From Candidatus Latescibacterota bacterium (GTDB taxonomy: Bacteria; Latescibacterota; UBA2968): DNA of 64,000 nt. Under the pieces are notes generated by a model. That model was not told where the DNA came from and made no database searches. It saw only the letters and a list, made by a program, of their open reading frames with translations. This document shows, piece by piece, positions 35,785 to 46,062 of the stretch. The DNA is taken from positions 5,024,001 through 5,088,000 of the forward strand of contig OZ244960.1 in assembly GCA_965222605.1 (NCBI GenBank), given 5' to 3'. Each line of letters starts with the position of its first letter. The stretch's first letter is position 1. Made by a program: the position numbers and the translations under genes.

Positions 35785-36609
35785 CTAACCGCTCTTGCTG
35801 CCAAACGCGGCGACAAAGAGGAGAAAGTCTGGAAATTCAACTGCGCCGTTTCCATCCAGATCCATACGGGCATCGAAACCGTCATCAGATGAAGACTTGC
35901 CAAATTGCGCGACAAAGAGGAGAAAATCGGGAAAACTGACCTCTCCATTTCCATCAAAATCACCAGTTAGCATACTTGGTGTTCCTGGCGTTCCCGTATC
36001 TGTCGCTTTCGCGAAAGTGATAACAATTTTAATTGGATCATCTGGCGAAACGAACTGGGAGAGTACGCTCGTAGCCAGGGGTCTTACAGCTTCGGATAAT
36101 GACGATAATAATTCTTCTAACTGAAGCGGGCGTATAATATGCAGTGAATCCGCCGTAGCTGTGTAGGTATAATTGAGAGGATCTTCATTTTCGCGCGTTA
36201 TGTTGAGTTCATGGGTATCGGATACGACCGTGTAATTTCCCTCGTATTGGCTCGTATCGAGTACTGCGACCGTAAGCGAAACTAATAGTACCGCAGAGAC
36301 ATTGGTCACTGTTGTGTAATCAGATTTAATACTGCCATCTGAACCAAAAGTTATTGTGCCGTTGATTTCGCCTTCAACTGTAAGAGGCGATACAGCCTGC
36401 ACGAGCGCGGCCGGAACATAAGCGTTCAGCCCGATCTTCTCAGCTACCCAGGAGCCGACGATATCCCCACCTTGAGGCTTGGGGGTTTCCGGTAGAACGC
36501 CCGCGTCTGCCTGTCCAAATGTTATGAACGCCATCACAAGTAGAACGCAGTTTCTCAACATTTTAAACCGCCATTCTTTGACCGCGACGCCAAAATTTGA
36601 CCCGTTCAT
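35785..36609 (-). CDS. Secreted protein with C-terminal paired EF-hand/dockerin-like domain
   Basis: Signal-like segment; DFDGNGEVSFPDFLLFV and DLDGNGAVEFPDFLLFV repeats after a Pro/Thr linker. Confidence 0.8.
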   Translation of the reverse strand: MNGSNFGVAVKEWRFKMLRNCVLLVMAFITFGQADAGVLPETPKPQGGDIVGSWVAEKIGLNAYVPAALVQAVSPLTVEGEINGTITFGSDGSIKSDYTTVTNVSAVLLVSLTVAVLDTSQYEGNYTVVSDTHELNITRENEDPLNYTYTATADSLHIIRPLQLEELLSSLSEAVRPLATSVLSQFVSPDDPIKIVITFAKATDTGTPGTPSMLTGDFDGNGEVSFPDFLLFVAQFGKSSSDDGFDARMDLDGNGAVEFPDFLLFVAAFGSKSG

Positions 36610-36771
36610 ATTCCATCCTCCAGTGTTTATTCGGTTCTTCTACAACGTACGATCGCTTTCCAATTTACGCAATTCGCGTATCTCCTGCAATACTTAACTC
36701 ATGTTGTCAAACCTTTCATCGCGTGCTATTTTGAAGCATCTTGCAAAATGACACTTGCGAAAGGAGCGTAC

Positions 36772-37716
36772 ATGCAATATCGAGTTCTCGTTGATGTTGA
36801 TCTTCCAGATGAAATACCAGAGATGATGAATAACCGCTGCGAACTTCACATTTTGGCGCACGGCGATGTTTCAGACGAAAAATTTGCGTCTGCACAAGGG
36901 CTGCTTACTTACGGGCACATGATTGTCGATGGTGATTTTATGGATCGCATGCCCAATTTGAAAGTCATCAGTAATTTTGGTGTTGGCGTAGATCACATTG
37001 ATCTGTTAGCAGCCAAACAGCGCGGGATTCCAGTGGGTAATACGCCCAATATGCTCGATGGCGCGACAGCCGATATGACTTTTGCAATGCTTATGGCCGC
37101 CGCCCGCAATATCGTTATTGGCGACCACTTTGCTCGCAGTGCGGCTTTTACACACTACGATCCACGCATTTTGATTGGACACGAGATTCACGGTACAACA
37201 CTGGGTATTATTGGCATGGGGAATATTGGCAGGCAGGTCGCGCGGCGGTCTCGGGGATTTGACATGGATGTGCTCTATCACAACCGAAAGCCTGATCCCA
37301 AAGCCGAGATCGAGTTAGGCGCGACTTATGTGTCTCTCAACGACTTGCTCGGACAATCGGATTTTGTCACCCTGAATGTGCCGCTGACTGAGGAAACGCG
37401 AAATATGATTGGTCGAGATCAACTCAGGCGAATGAAAAGAACCGCCATACTGGTTAATCTGGCGCGCGGAGGTGTTATCGATCACGATGCACTCGTAGAG
37501 GCGCTGGAGAACAATTGGATCGCAGTTGCCGCGCTCGATGTGACCGAGCCAGAACCCCTTCCACGCGATCATCCCCTCCTGTCCATGGACAATGTGGTTA
37601 TAGTTCCCCACCTGGGTAGTGCCACACGCCAGACGCGCATAGCAATGGCCCAGCGCACAGTAGATAATCTGCTCGCGGGACTCACGGATCAGCCATTGAT
37701 CACTTATGTGGTGTAA
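36772..37716 (+). CDS. D-isomer 2-hydroxyacid dehydrogenase (glyoxylate reductase / D-glycerate dehydrogenase)
   Basis: GVGVDHID, NTP, GIIGMGNIG, NLARG, LDVTEPEP, PHLGSAT. Confidence 0.92.
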   Translation: MQYRVLVDVDLPDEIPEMMNNRCELHILAHGDVSDEKFASAQGLLTYGHMIVDGDFMDRMPNLKVISNFGVGVDHIDLLAAKQRGIPVGNTPNMLDGATADMTFAMLMAAARNIVIGDHFARSAAFTHYDPRILIGHEIHGTTLGIIGMGNIGRQVARRSRGFDMDVLYHNRKPDPKAEIELGATYVSLNDLLGQSDFVTLNVPLTEETRNMIGRDQLRRMKRTAILVNLARGGVIDHDALVEALENNWIAVAALDVTEPEPLPRDHPLLSMDNVVIVPHLGSATRQTRIAMAQRTVDNLLAGLTDQPLITYVV

Positions 37717-37724
37717 GACTGGTG

Positions 37725-39068
37725 CTAAGCGCATTCAACGCTCATTTTGTCGCATCTTCGTCTCAGTCGTTCGAGTCGATCGGAGAATCTGGAATTTTTT
37801 GCGAGATTGAAGGATTCGCGAGGGTCCACGATGAGGTCATAAAGCTCTTCATAGACGGGTTGTTGCTCGTAGTAGCGAATATATTTCCAGCGTTGCGTAC
37901 GCACGCCTTCGCTTTTGGGGATGTCGGCGCGGTGGAACCGGTGTTCGCAGAAGAATGCATGTCGCCAGTCAATTTTCTTTCCGTGCAACAATGGGACAAG
38001 GGATTTCCCCTGCATTTTGTCCGTAGCACTCAGACCTGCCAGTTCGAGGATGGTTGGCGCGACATCAATGTTCAGTGCTAATTCTTCGCGAATGAGACCC
38101 CGATTGTCCTTATCAGCTCGTGGATTGAGGATAATCAAGGGAATGCGGATCGACTGTTCGTTCAACTGCCAGCAGTCGCTGAGTCCGCGATCTCCGTAGT
38201 ACATCCCGTGGTCAGATGCGAAGATTACGACTGTGTTGTCGGATAACGACAGTTGATCTAATGCTTTGATAATTCTGCCGATGTTCCGATCGCCGCCGCT
38301 CACCATTCGGTATAGTCCTCGCATGTTTCTCTGGTAGTCCTCAGATGTCGCATAGCGTTTTTGCCATCGTACGCGACTTTCCGTCTTGCGAAGAAATTTC
38401 GGCAACCGCCAGAAGAAGTCGGGATGGGCGTTGAATGGCTCTGGTATCTTCTTCTCTGCGTAGAGATGATCTTCAGAAGCAGGCCAGATGTAGTAACGCG
38501 GATCATTGTCCTGTGCGTGCGGCGCATTGAAACTGATGGAGAGACAAAACGGCTGGCTGGGGTGATCTGTTTGATGTGTGTGCAGAAAGTCGATTGTTTT
38601 GTCCCCGGTAATGTCGGTCAGGTGGCGCACATCCGGTTGTCTGATTTCATATCCGTCTTCGGTCCAGTGTTCGTAGTTGTCGAATACGTCAAACATCTTT
38701 TCCGTTGCATCCTTGTCCTGTAGAGAAGGAGCGATTCCGTTGGTGGCAATGCCGAATTTGCCGATTAGTCCTGTGCGATAACCCGCCATTTTAAGAGTGG
38801 CAGGGTAGGAGATGTCAGTGAACGCGCTTTGGAGGGGTGGTGTGCGGAAGGTGAATCGGTGGCGTCTTTCATAGACGCCGGTGAGATAGCTGGCCCGGCT
38901 TGCGGCGCAGATTGGACTTGTGCAGAATGCGTTTTCGAACCGCACACCGCTTTTGGCAAGCCGGTCGATGTTTGGGGTTTTGACGATTGGATTGCCAGCG
39001 CAGCCGAGCAGGTCATTGCGCTGGTTATCGGTCAGGAGAAAGAGGATATTCGGGGCAGGCGCTTTCAC
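37725..39068 (-). CDS. Cys-type sulfatase
   Basis: PNILFLLTD, CAASR, GKFG, FNAPH, SDHG. Confidence 0.9.
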   Translation of the reverse strand: MKAPAPNILFLLTDNQRNDLLGCAGNPIVKTPNIDRLAKSGVRFENAFCTSPICAASRASYLTGVYERRHRFTFRTPPLQSAFTDISYPATLKMAGYRTGLIGKFGIATNGIAPSLQDKDATEKMFDVFDNYEHWTEDGYEIRQPDVRHLTDITGDKTIDFLHTHQTDHPSQPFCLSISFNAPHAQDNDPRYYIWPASEDHLYAEKKIPEPFNAHPDFFWRLPKFLRKTESRVRWQKRYATSEDYQRNMRGLYRMVSGGDRNIGRIIKALDQLSLSDNTVVIFASDHGMYYGDRGLSDCWQLNEQSIRIPLIILNPRADKDNRGLIREELALNIDVAPTILELAGLSATDKMQGKSLVPLLHGKKIDWRHAFFCEHRFHRADIPKSEGVRTQRWKYIRYYEQQPVYEELYDLIVDPRESFNLAKNSRFSDRLERLRRRCDKMSVECA

Positions 39069-40135
39069 TTCTCACCTAATTCAATGTGCTGACCCGTGTC
39101 ATTCGATCGGTATGCCGCTTCAATGATTCTGGCGATTTTTAAGGCATCTTCTCCAGAGGTCGGGGCCGTGCCTTTGCCCGCAGTAGATCGAATAAAGCCA
39201 TCCAAAAATGCGATTCCATAAGCACCGCCATAAGCATCGACCTGCGGTAGCGTATAATCAAAGGTGCGCTGAGACGCAGTGTGCCAGCCTTCTGCAACGC
39301 TTTCGAGATATACTTCTGATGGGCCGCCCGAGGGCGTCCAGAACACGCGGCCCTCGCTGCCGCGAAATCCCATATACGTGTCGTAATTCGGCCCCATATA
39401 CCCAGCGCCACTTATTGATAGTTGATAACCGGCCTGCATGCTGCCCAGCGCGCCATTGGAAAACCGAAAGGATAGAGACGCTACATCCTCAACATCAATG
39501 TCTTCGCCACTGAGTGTATCGACAACGGCAGAAACGGAGACGATGTCCGCGTCCATGACATAGCACAACAGGTCGATATAATGGCATCCCAACCACGATA
39601 AGATGCCGCCACCGGAAATCGACCGATCAAATAGCCAGTGTTTGGGGTTGCGAAATTTAACCTGCGATGTGACCATCCGCGACTCACAAGATGTCACTTG
39701 ACCTATTGCACCACCCTGGACGACTCTTCGCGCTTCACAAGTGGCGGGGTGATAGCGATTCTGATACATCACGCCCAATTGTACACCCGCTTTTGCCGCG
39801 CCATCCACGACTCGAGAAACAGCGGCAACCGAAGCACCGATGGGTTTTTCGCTGATGACGTGAATGCCCTGCTCGAATAAGCGCAGACAAATATCTGGAT
39901 TCTGGTCGTTGCGGGCGCAAGCCACACCCAAAGTCATTTTTTCAGAGCCTAAAAGCACGCTGAGATCGGAATACGCACCCGCGACTTTATCTGTTGAATT
40001 AAAGCTGTTTAGAACCGAGGGGTCGGCGTCGTACAGAATAATCTCATCTATTAGTGTAGAAGCCTGCAGGGTTTTGAAATGGGCTTCTGAATGGGGATGT
40101 GTTAGGCCAAATAAGCCAGCGCGAACCGGTTCCAT
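39065..40135 (-). CDS. Gfo/Idh/MocA family oxidoreductase
   Basis: SEKP, NRYHP, GGGILSWLGCHYID, VED. Confidence 0.85.
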   Translation of the reverse strand: MEPVRAGLFGLTHPHSEAHFKTLQASTLIDEIILYDADPSVLNSFNSTDKVAGAYSDLSVLLGSEKMTLGVACARNDQNPDICLRLFEQGIHVISEKPIGASVAAVSRVVDGAAKAGVQLGVMYQNRYHPATCEARRVVQGGAIGQVTSCESRMVTSQVKFRNPKHWLFDRSISGGGILSWLGCHYIDLLCYVMDADIVSVSAVVDTLSGEDIDVEDVASLSFRFSNGALGSMQAGYQLSISGAGYMGPNYDTYMGFRGSEGRVFWTPSGGPSEVYLESVAEGWHTASQRTFDYTLPQVDAYGGAYGIAFLDGFIRSTAGKGTAPTSGEDALKIARIIEAAYRSNDTGQHIELGEK

Positions 40136-40156
40136 TAGATTATCCTCAAGATAGGA

Positions 40157-40966
40157 TTATAAATACGGCAGCACTTCGCTCTTGAGCGCGTTGAGATATG
40201 TCCATTCTTCACCGGGGTCCTGGAAGATCAATGTATAATATCCCGAGAAATTGGCTTTGCGCGTCAAGTTCAAACAGGCCAGGAATCGGTCCCGCAACAT
40301 GATCCCATCTTCGTAATCCGCTTTGGTGTGAATCGTATCTGCAAATGGCAAAACTTTTGCGAGATCGTCCAGCTTGTGTTCCCCTTTGAAATTTCCAAGA
40401 TCAGTACACAATCCGATTTTCCCATCGCATCTATCCAAGATATCCAATAGAGAGGTTGCGCGCTGGGTCAGTCGCTTGAAATTCTCGGTCATGACGCGCA
40501 CGCCACAATCGCGCGCATAGTCTGACAATTGCAGGAGATTTTGCGCGCTGAGTGCTATGGATTCTGCGCCTGGCTCTGCTTCGCCAGCAATTACGCGTAC
40601 ATTCGCTGCGCCACAGGTGGATGCCACGTCAATCCATCTTCGAATTTCCGCCAAATCCTTTTCTCTTTGTTCGGAATCGGGATGTGTAATATCCCAGGCA
40701 TCGATCAAGATGCTGTAAAGCGATACGCCGTGTCTGTCCAGTTCTGCGCGCAGGTCTGCAATAAATACATCATCTGTTGTGGGAAAATGAAAATGGCAGA
40801 TTTCCAACTGCCTGATGCCATGCGATGCCACTTCGCGGGGAACATCGAGCAGTTTTATGCGCCCTTCATCGCCGTTTCGGTTCACAAATCCATCGGGCCT
40901 GCGATCGTACCACGCCTTTCCCAAAGCGCGGTGTAAGCTCCATGTGGAAATAGATAGTTCTGGCAT
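40157..40966 (-). CDS. Sugar phosphate isomerase/epimerase (xylose isomerase-like TIM barrel)
   Basis: STWSLH, TENF, DLGNF, IHTKA. Confidence 0.8.
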   Translation of the reverse strand: MPELSISTWSLHRALGKAWYDRRPDGFVNRNGDEGRIKLLDVPREVASHGIRQLEICHFHFPTTDDVFIADLRAELDRHGVSLYSILIDAWDITHPDSEQREKDLAEIRRWIDVASTCGAANVRVIAGEAEPGAESIALSAQNLLQLSDYARDCGVRVMTENFKRLTQRATSLLDILDRCDGKIGLCTDLGNFKGEHKLDDLAKVLPFADTIHTKADYEDGIMLRDRFLACLNLTRKANFSGYYTLIFQDPGEEWTYLNALKSEVLPYL

Positions 40967-41051
40967 ATTGTGACCTCCTCAATGCGAATTTATGTACTGG
41001 CATGACCTTCCACATTCCTTATGACGCCTACTTGCTGAGTTCTGAGCGGAA

Positions 41052-41504
41052 TCAATCCAAGTTCTCGGAGTCCTCGGATTGACTTTTTGCTCTTTCTATC
41101 TGCCTTTCGAAAGGATTCACTATCTGCACTCCAAGTTGGGCAAAATCGTTCACATTTCTGGTCACAATCGTCAGCTTGTGCATCAAGGCAGTTGCAGCGA
41201 TCATGGCATCCTCTATAAGGGTGTCTGACTGTCGATGCTTGAGTCGCGCCCATTCCCTGAACGCGGCCGCATCCATCGGCAGCACGTTATAGGAATTGAG
41301 CACCTTGCCGAGCCAAGCTTCCAACTCCTCCGCCTTGTCGGCATCTTGCTCGCGCGTGATCTCAATACCCGCCTGGATTTCTCCGACCGTCACTGCGGAC
41401 AAAAAAAGCTGATCGGCGGGTACATCTGCAATCCAATTCAGCACACCCTTGTGGGGCTTGGGGCGACGCAACTCCGAAACAACGTTGGTGTCAAGAAGAT
41501 ACAC
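41052..41504 (-). CDS. vapC: Type II TA toxin, VapC PIN-domain ribonuclease
   Basis: YLLDTNVVSE, SAVT.GEI..G, DAMIAATA, VTRN..DF; GTG start at 41504. Confidence 0.9.
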   Translation of the reverse strand: MYLLDTNVVSELRRPKPHKGVLNWIADVPADQLFLSAVTVGEIQAGIEITREQDADKAEELEAWLGKVLNSYNVLPMDAAAFREWARLKHRQSDTLIEDAMIAATALMHKLTIVTRNVNDFAQLGVQIVNPFERQIERAKSQSEDSENLD

Positions 41505-41508
41505 AAGC

Positions 41509-41769
41509 CTACCCAAATACCGATGATACCCGATGGAGATGCGTCTCACGCGGTGGTGTTAGCGAGTCCGTGCGTGCTTCCGGCGCGAGCAGCAGTTCCT
41601 TGAGGTCTGGGCTACTCATCTTCTCTAATCGTCTCCACTGGTCAATAGGGACGAGCACAGCTGTCTCCACGCCTCGCCTGGTCACAATCTGTGGCCCTTC
41701 AGCAAGGCTCGTCTTGAGTAGCTCGCTGAACCGCGCCCTGGCGTCCTGCACTTGCCATGTCTTGGTCAT
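41509..41769 (-). CDS. Type II TA antitoxin, Phd/YefM family
   Basis: WQVQDARARFSELL..GPQIVTRRG; GGAGG SD; directly upstream of vapC. Confidence 0.9.
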   Translation of the reverse strand: MTKTWQVQDARARFSELLKTSLAEGPQIVTRRGVETAVLVPIDQWRRLEKMSSPDLKELLLAPEARTDSLTPPRETHLHRVSSVFG

Positions 41770-41819
41770 ACTTCCTCCCAAAATCGGTGCCATAGTGTCT
41801 GTCTCTCACGTCCCACCTA

Positions 41820-42875
41820 TTACCTTTTATACACTTTTTTAGATAGCTGACATATCGCCTGTGCGGCTTCGTCAACATCGGATTTGGAAATGCCGATGTG
41901 TGGGATCAATCTCACCAGGTGTGCGCCGATGACGCTTACGCGCACGCCGTATTCAGTGTGCAATCGGTCGCCAAATTCTCGTGCGGAAATGCCCAATTGA
42001 GCCACGTCAAAGCGCACCATATTGGTTTCTACACCTTCGACATCAATCCCAATTCCCGGTGCTTTGGCAATACCTTTTGCCAGGCGTTTTGCATTGGCGT
42101 GGTCTTCTGCCATTCGTTCGACGTTGTGTTCTAACGCGTAAATACCAGCAGCGGCTATAATGCCTGCTTGCCGCATAGCACCTCCAATGCGCTGTTTCCA
42201 CTGCCAGGCATTGAGGATAAAATCCGAAGGTCCCGCTAACACAGCTCCCACTGGCGCGCCCAGGCCCTTGCTCAGATCGATCCACAGGGTGTCAAAAGAC
42301 TCGGCATAATCTTTTGGTGCAATGCCAGTCGCAACGGTTGCATTCAGGAGTCGTGCGCCATCCATGTGCGTCAAAGCACCTTTTTCGTGTGCCATATCGC
42401 ATACTGCGCGTATTTGTTCGAGAGGCCATATACGTCCCCCCGGCATATTTGTAGTTTGTTCGGCACAGACGAGGCGGAAGGGCGGTCTGTATCGCGTTGA
42501 CGGCACCATAACCTCTGCCATTTGCTCGGGTGTAAACATGCCATTTTTTCCATCGATAGGATATAGCGTTGCGCGAGCGAGCACCGCTGCACCACCGGCT
42601 TCTGATATGAGCGGGTGTGCGGTGCGATCCACTAAAATGAGATCTCCTGCGCGGCAGTGAACCGCATAAGAAATCTGATTGCACATTGTTCCTGATGGCA
42701 AAAAAAGAGCCGCCTCTTTGCCCAGCATCTCGGCGACCATATCCTGTAGGGCATTCACCGATGGGTCTTCGCCCTTTTGCTCATCACCCACTTCTGCCCG
42801 ACACATAAATTCGCGCATCGCTTGCGTTGGCACAGTGGATGTATCGCTGTAAAGATCAATTTTAATGTCAGTCAT
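41820..42875 (-). CDS. ltaE: Low-specificity L-threonine aldolase family
   Basis: [43 protein letters not shown]. Confidence 0.88.
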   Translation of the reverse strand: MTDIKIDLYSDTSTVPTQAMREFMCRAEVGDEQKGEDPSVNALQDMVAEMLGKEAALFLPSGTMCNQISYAVHCRAGDLILVDRTAHPLISEAGGAAVLARATLYPIDGKNGMFTPEQMAEVMVPSTRYRPPFRLVCAEQTTNMPGGRIWPLEQIRAVCDMAHEKGALTHMDGARLLNATVATGIAPKDYAESFDTLWIDLSKGLGAPVGAVLAGPSDFILNAWQWKQRIGGAMRQAGIIAAAGIYALEHNVERMAEDHANAKRLAKGIAKAPGIGIDVEGVETNMVRFDVAQLGISAREFGDRLHTEYGVRVSVIGAHLVRLIPHIGISKSDVDEAAQAICQLSKKVYKR

Positions 42876-43835
42876 TTATCTGCTTTCTCCGGGGCCAGAT
42901 TTGAAAAGATTCAGAAACCGATCTTCGTAAAATGGATAGAGGTTCCAACGGTCCAGTTCTGCTTTGAGTTCATTGGCTTTTTTTTGAAACTGATCTGTGT
43001 TTTTCACTTCGCGAAACATTTTTTCAATGCGTTTCATAACGGACTGCGGCACTTTATCCTCTTCGATCTTTCCGCCTGGAAATTCATTTTCTGGAATATC
43101 GTCCATGTGGGAAAATGTCTTTTGGATCTGCATCTCAATATCTTCCATTGTGCCTTCCATCTTTTCGGCAGCGTCGTCAATTTCCGACATATCGAGAGAA
43201 AAATTTAATAAATGTGCCAATGCCAGCACAATCTCTTTTGATGCTTTGGGATTTGGAATGGGGGCAGCATATTGCGGCATGGTTCCCAAAAAACAGGCCG
43301 CATTGAGTTCGCGTTTTTTGGCAAAGCCCAGCAACAGACCATTAAGCCCTGAGACCATCCCCTCTTTTAAGATCTCTATCTTGTGGGATGCCAGTAAATC
43401 TCGAAATTCGGTGTTGTTCGCCACCCCCAGCACCTGTGCGTCTTCTTTGTGACTGGCCTGTGTGAGATAGGCCGCGCCCGTGAGGACCGTATCGATGCCG
43501 ACCCGTTGTCCCACATCGAGAACTTTTTCCAGCAATTCATCGCCGGGTACTCCGCCTATTTGCGCTTCGCTTTGAAAAATAATCAAGTCGTGTTCTTCCA
43601 CTACATAAAATACATGGGCAGGCGGATCGGGAAAGGTCGCGATCCCATCTTCTACGATCATGGCTTCGGGCGTGAAGTGAGATTGCATGTCTATTTCTGC
43701 AAATGCGACGGCATCGAGTTTGCGGCGGATATAATCAATCGCACCAATGCCAACGCTGCCCATGCCTGGCCACCCGGCAAGCAGTACCGATGCCTGAAAG
43801 GAACGGGGCAATTCTTTCAATACGTTTAGTTTCAT
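42876..43835 (-). CDS. PAC2 (proteasome assembly chaperone) family protein
   Basis: LAGWPGMGSVG, EAQ, VSGLNGLLLG, PNPKAS, C-terminal YEDRFL.LF. Confidence 0.8.
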   Translation of the reverse strand: MKLNVLKELPRSFQASVLLAGWPGMGSVGIGAIDYIRRKLDAVAFAEIDMQSHFTPEAMIVEDGIATFPDPPAHVFYVVEEHDLIIFQSEAQIGGVPGDELLEKVLDVGQRVGIDTVLTGAAYLTQASHKEDAQVLGVANNTEFRDLLASHKIEILKEGMVSGLNGLLLGFAKKRELNAACFLGTMPQYAAPIPNPKASKEIVLALAHLLNFSLDMSEIDDAAEKMEGTMEDIEMQIQKTFSHMDDIPENEFPGGKIEEDKVPQSVMKRIEKMFREVKNTDQFQKKANELKAELDRWNLYPFYEDRFLNLFKSGPGESR

Positions 43836-43906
43836 TTTGTGACCTTTCCACAAGGGACAAAGTGTTTAAGAAATAATATCAAATTACAGGCATGAACACA
43901 ACCATA

Positions 43907-44998
43907 TCAATGCCCAGAATGCCATTTCTCGAGCGGATGAGAACGCTCAGAGTTTGGAAAAATAATGCGCTGTTCAGAAATTTGGGATGCGTACGCCCCG
44001 TGAATCATTTCCAGTGCCCAACGCGCATCTCGATCACTGGAAATGGGTGCGCGATCGCATTCTATAGCGTCAATCAGGTCGATAATGGCGTGATAATTTC
44101 CCGTCTCCTGCAAGTGATCACCTGCAAGGTCGAGCGCCTGCCACGCATGACCGCCTGCCCAGGGTGACCACAGGCCATCTTCGTAAATGGAAATCGCTTC
44201 CGCGCCCCCGCTTATGGCGATCCGGCCAGATTCTCCGACCAGCACCAGCCCGTAGCCCTGTCCCTTTCCCGCTTGATTGGCCCGCGAGACAAATGAGCCA
44301 TCCACGCCATCGCCAAAAGAAAACAGGCTGACCACGCCATCGCCCGCCATCGCGCCAATTGGCTCTGTGGCTTCCCGCACATCCTCGGGTGCGATTTCGC
44401 GGTTTCCAACTGTCACACGCGCTGTCATCCACAGGGGATCGCCACCAAAAAAACGCATCATATTGAAGAGATGTGTACCCAACACCAGCATGTCTTCGCC
44501 GCCTCCCCGATGGTCTTGTTTGCCATACGCATGCATGGATAGGAGTTTTCCAATTCGATTCTCTCGTAGTAGATCGCGCACTTGATGTACTTGTTTGAGG
44601 TAAACAGCTTGATGCGCTACGGCAACTTTGCGGTTGTGCTGTTCGGCGGCAGCCACGATGCGGTCTGCGGATGCGAGGTCGCTTGCAAGTGGTTTTTCCG
44701 AATAGACATGGCAGCCAGCTTCGATACACGCCACGATCATTTCTTCGTGACAATCGACCCACCGGGGGCACACGCTGACAATATCGAGGTCTTCTTTTTG
44801 AAGCATATCGCGATAGTCAGCATACCCTCGCTGGGCTCCGGCATCTGCGATAGCCTTTTCTCTTCCAACTGCGTCTGGATCGGATACAGCGATCATATCA
44901 ATACAATCGATTTTTTGATAGGGCACATGCAAACCATGTCCAAAATTGCCCTGCCCGGTCCGACCGATAGCACCGGCGCGATAGCGTTTTGCTGCCAT
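43907..44998 (-). CDS. Gfo/Idh/MocA family oxidoreductase
   Basis: YADYRDML, SEKP, DHRGGGEDMLVLGTH. Confidence 0.87.
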   Translation of the reverse strand: MAAKRYRAGAIGRTGQGNFGHGLHVPYQKIDCIDMIAVSDPDAVGREKAIADAGAQRGYADYRDMLQKEDLDIVSVCPRWVDCHEEMIVACIEAGCHVYSEKPLASDLASADRIVAAAEQHNRKVAVAHQAVYLKQVHQVRDLLRENRIGKLLSMHAYGKQDHRGGGEDMLVLGTHLFNMMRFFGGDPLWMTARVTVGNREIAPEDVREATEPIGAMAGDGVVSLFSFGDGVDGSFVSRANQAGKGQGYGLVLVGESGRIAISGGAEAISIYEDGLWSPWAGGHAWQALDLAGDHLQETGNYHAIIDLIDAIECDRAPISSDRDARWALEMIHGAYASQISEQRIIFPNSERSHPLEKWHSGH

Positions 44999-45009
44999 TG
45001 TGACTCCTT

Positions 45010-46062
45010 TTAGGGTAAAAATACAACGCCCAACGCAGCGTTGGGATTCTGGATGAGTTCTTCACATGCTACAGGTGCGTCATCTAATGCAACCCGATGT
45101 GTAATGAGGGGAGCTACTTCTAAGTGCCCAGAATCCATAAAGCGCAAGCATTCTTCTAAATTCCGCTTCGTTGTCCACTGCATGAAAACGGGTGGATAAT
45201 CCGCGCCGTGTTCCCATTCCTCGTCGTGATAGCCCGGTCCTGTGCGCGCGGCACTGCGTACATCCAGATTGCCCAGTGCGGCTGCAAAACCGTGTTCTAT
45301 TCGCGCACCGCCCACTATGACAATGCGCCCCATCAAGTGCGTGTCGGGGGCTTTTTTGATCATTTTGTTAAGCGTGATAAAGGCAGGCGTGCCATCGCCA
45401 CCAAAAGCAATTACACCGCCATCGATCCCATAACCGCGCGTAAAAGTATGAGATACTTCAACCGGGTCTTCCTCTGTAATATTGACCCCGCGCAACAAGC
45501 CGCATGTCGCGGCTTTTTTTAGACGCATGGGCAATTGGTCCAGGCCTATCACATAACATCCCGAAATGCGCGCCCACTGGCAGGTAAATTGCCCCACAAG
45601 CCCCAGACCCGCCACGGCAATGTGTTCGCTGAGTTGAAATGCACCGCGTCGCACGGCATTTAAGGCGGTTGCGACCAGATGAATAGACGCGGCATCTTCA
45701 TCGCTGACACCATCGGGAATGGGTACCGCCATATTGCGTGGCACACAGGCATGGGTCGCATGTTGGGCATATCCGCCCCCCATACAGGCCACGCGCGTTC
45801 CAAGCGGTATGTCTTCACACCCTGCGCCTTGCGCCACGACCACGCCAGCATTGGAATACCCAAATGGGCGAGGGGCGGCATCTGATGGGTTCTCTCGTCG
45901 CCTTTTTACCCCACCCAACTCTGTGCCGGGGCTGACCATGCTCGCCGTGACTTCTATTTGAACCTGGCCTGGCTTCGGGGCTGCTACCGGTTCTTCAAGG
46001 ACCGAAATTCGGCCTTGGCCGTCAATTGCTGCTACTTTTCGCATTGCCATTAGTGTCCTCAC
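45010..46062 (-). CDS. MDR (zinc-binding dehydrogenase-like) oxidoreductase
   Basis: VSPGTE, PFGYSNAGVV, GLGLVG, LITHR. Confidence 0.82.
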   Translation of the reverse strand: MRTLMAMRKVAAIDGQGRISVLEEPVAAPKPGQVQIEVTASMVSPGTELGGVKRRRENPSDAAPRPFGYSNAGVVVAQGAGCEDIPLGTRVACMGGGYAQHATHACVPRNMAVPIPDGVSDEDAASIHLVATALNAVRRGAFQLSEHIAVAGLGLVGQFTCQWARISGCYVIGLDQLPMRLKKAATCGLLRGVNITEEDPVEVSHTFTRGYGIDGGVIAFGGDGTPAFITLNKMIKKAPDTHLMGRIVIVGGARIEHGFAAALGNLDVRSAARTGPGYHDEEWEHGADYPPVFMQWTTKRNLEECLRFMDSGHLEVAPLITHRVALDDAPVACEELIQNPNAALGVVFLP

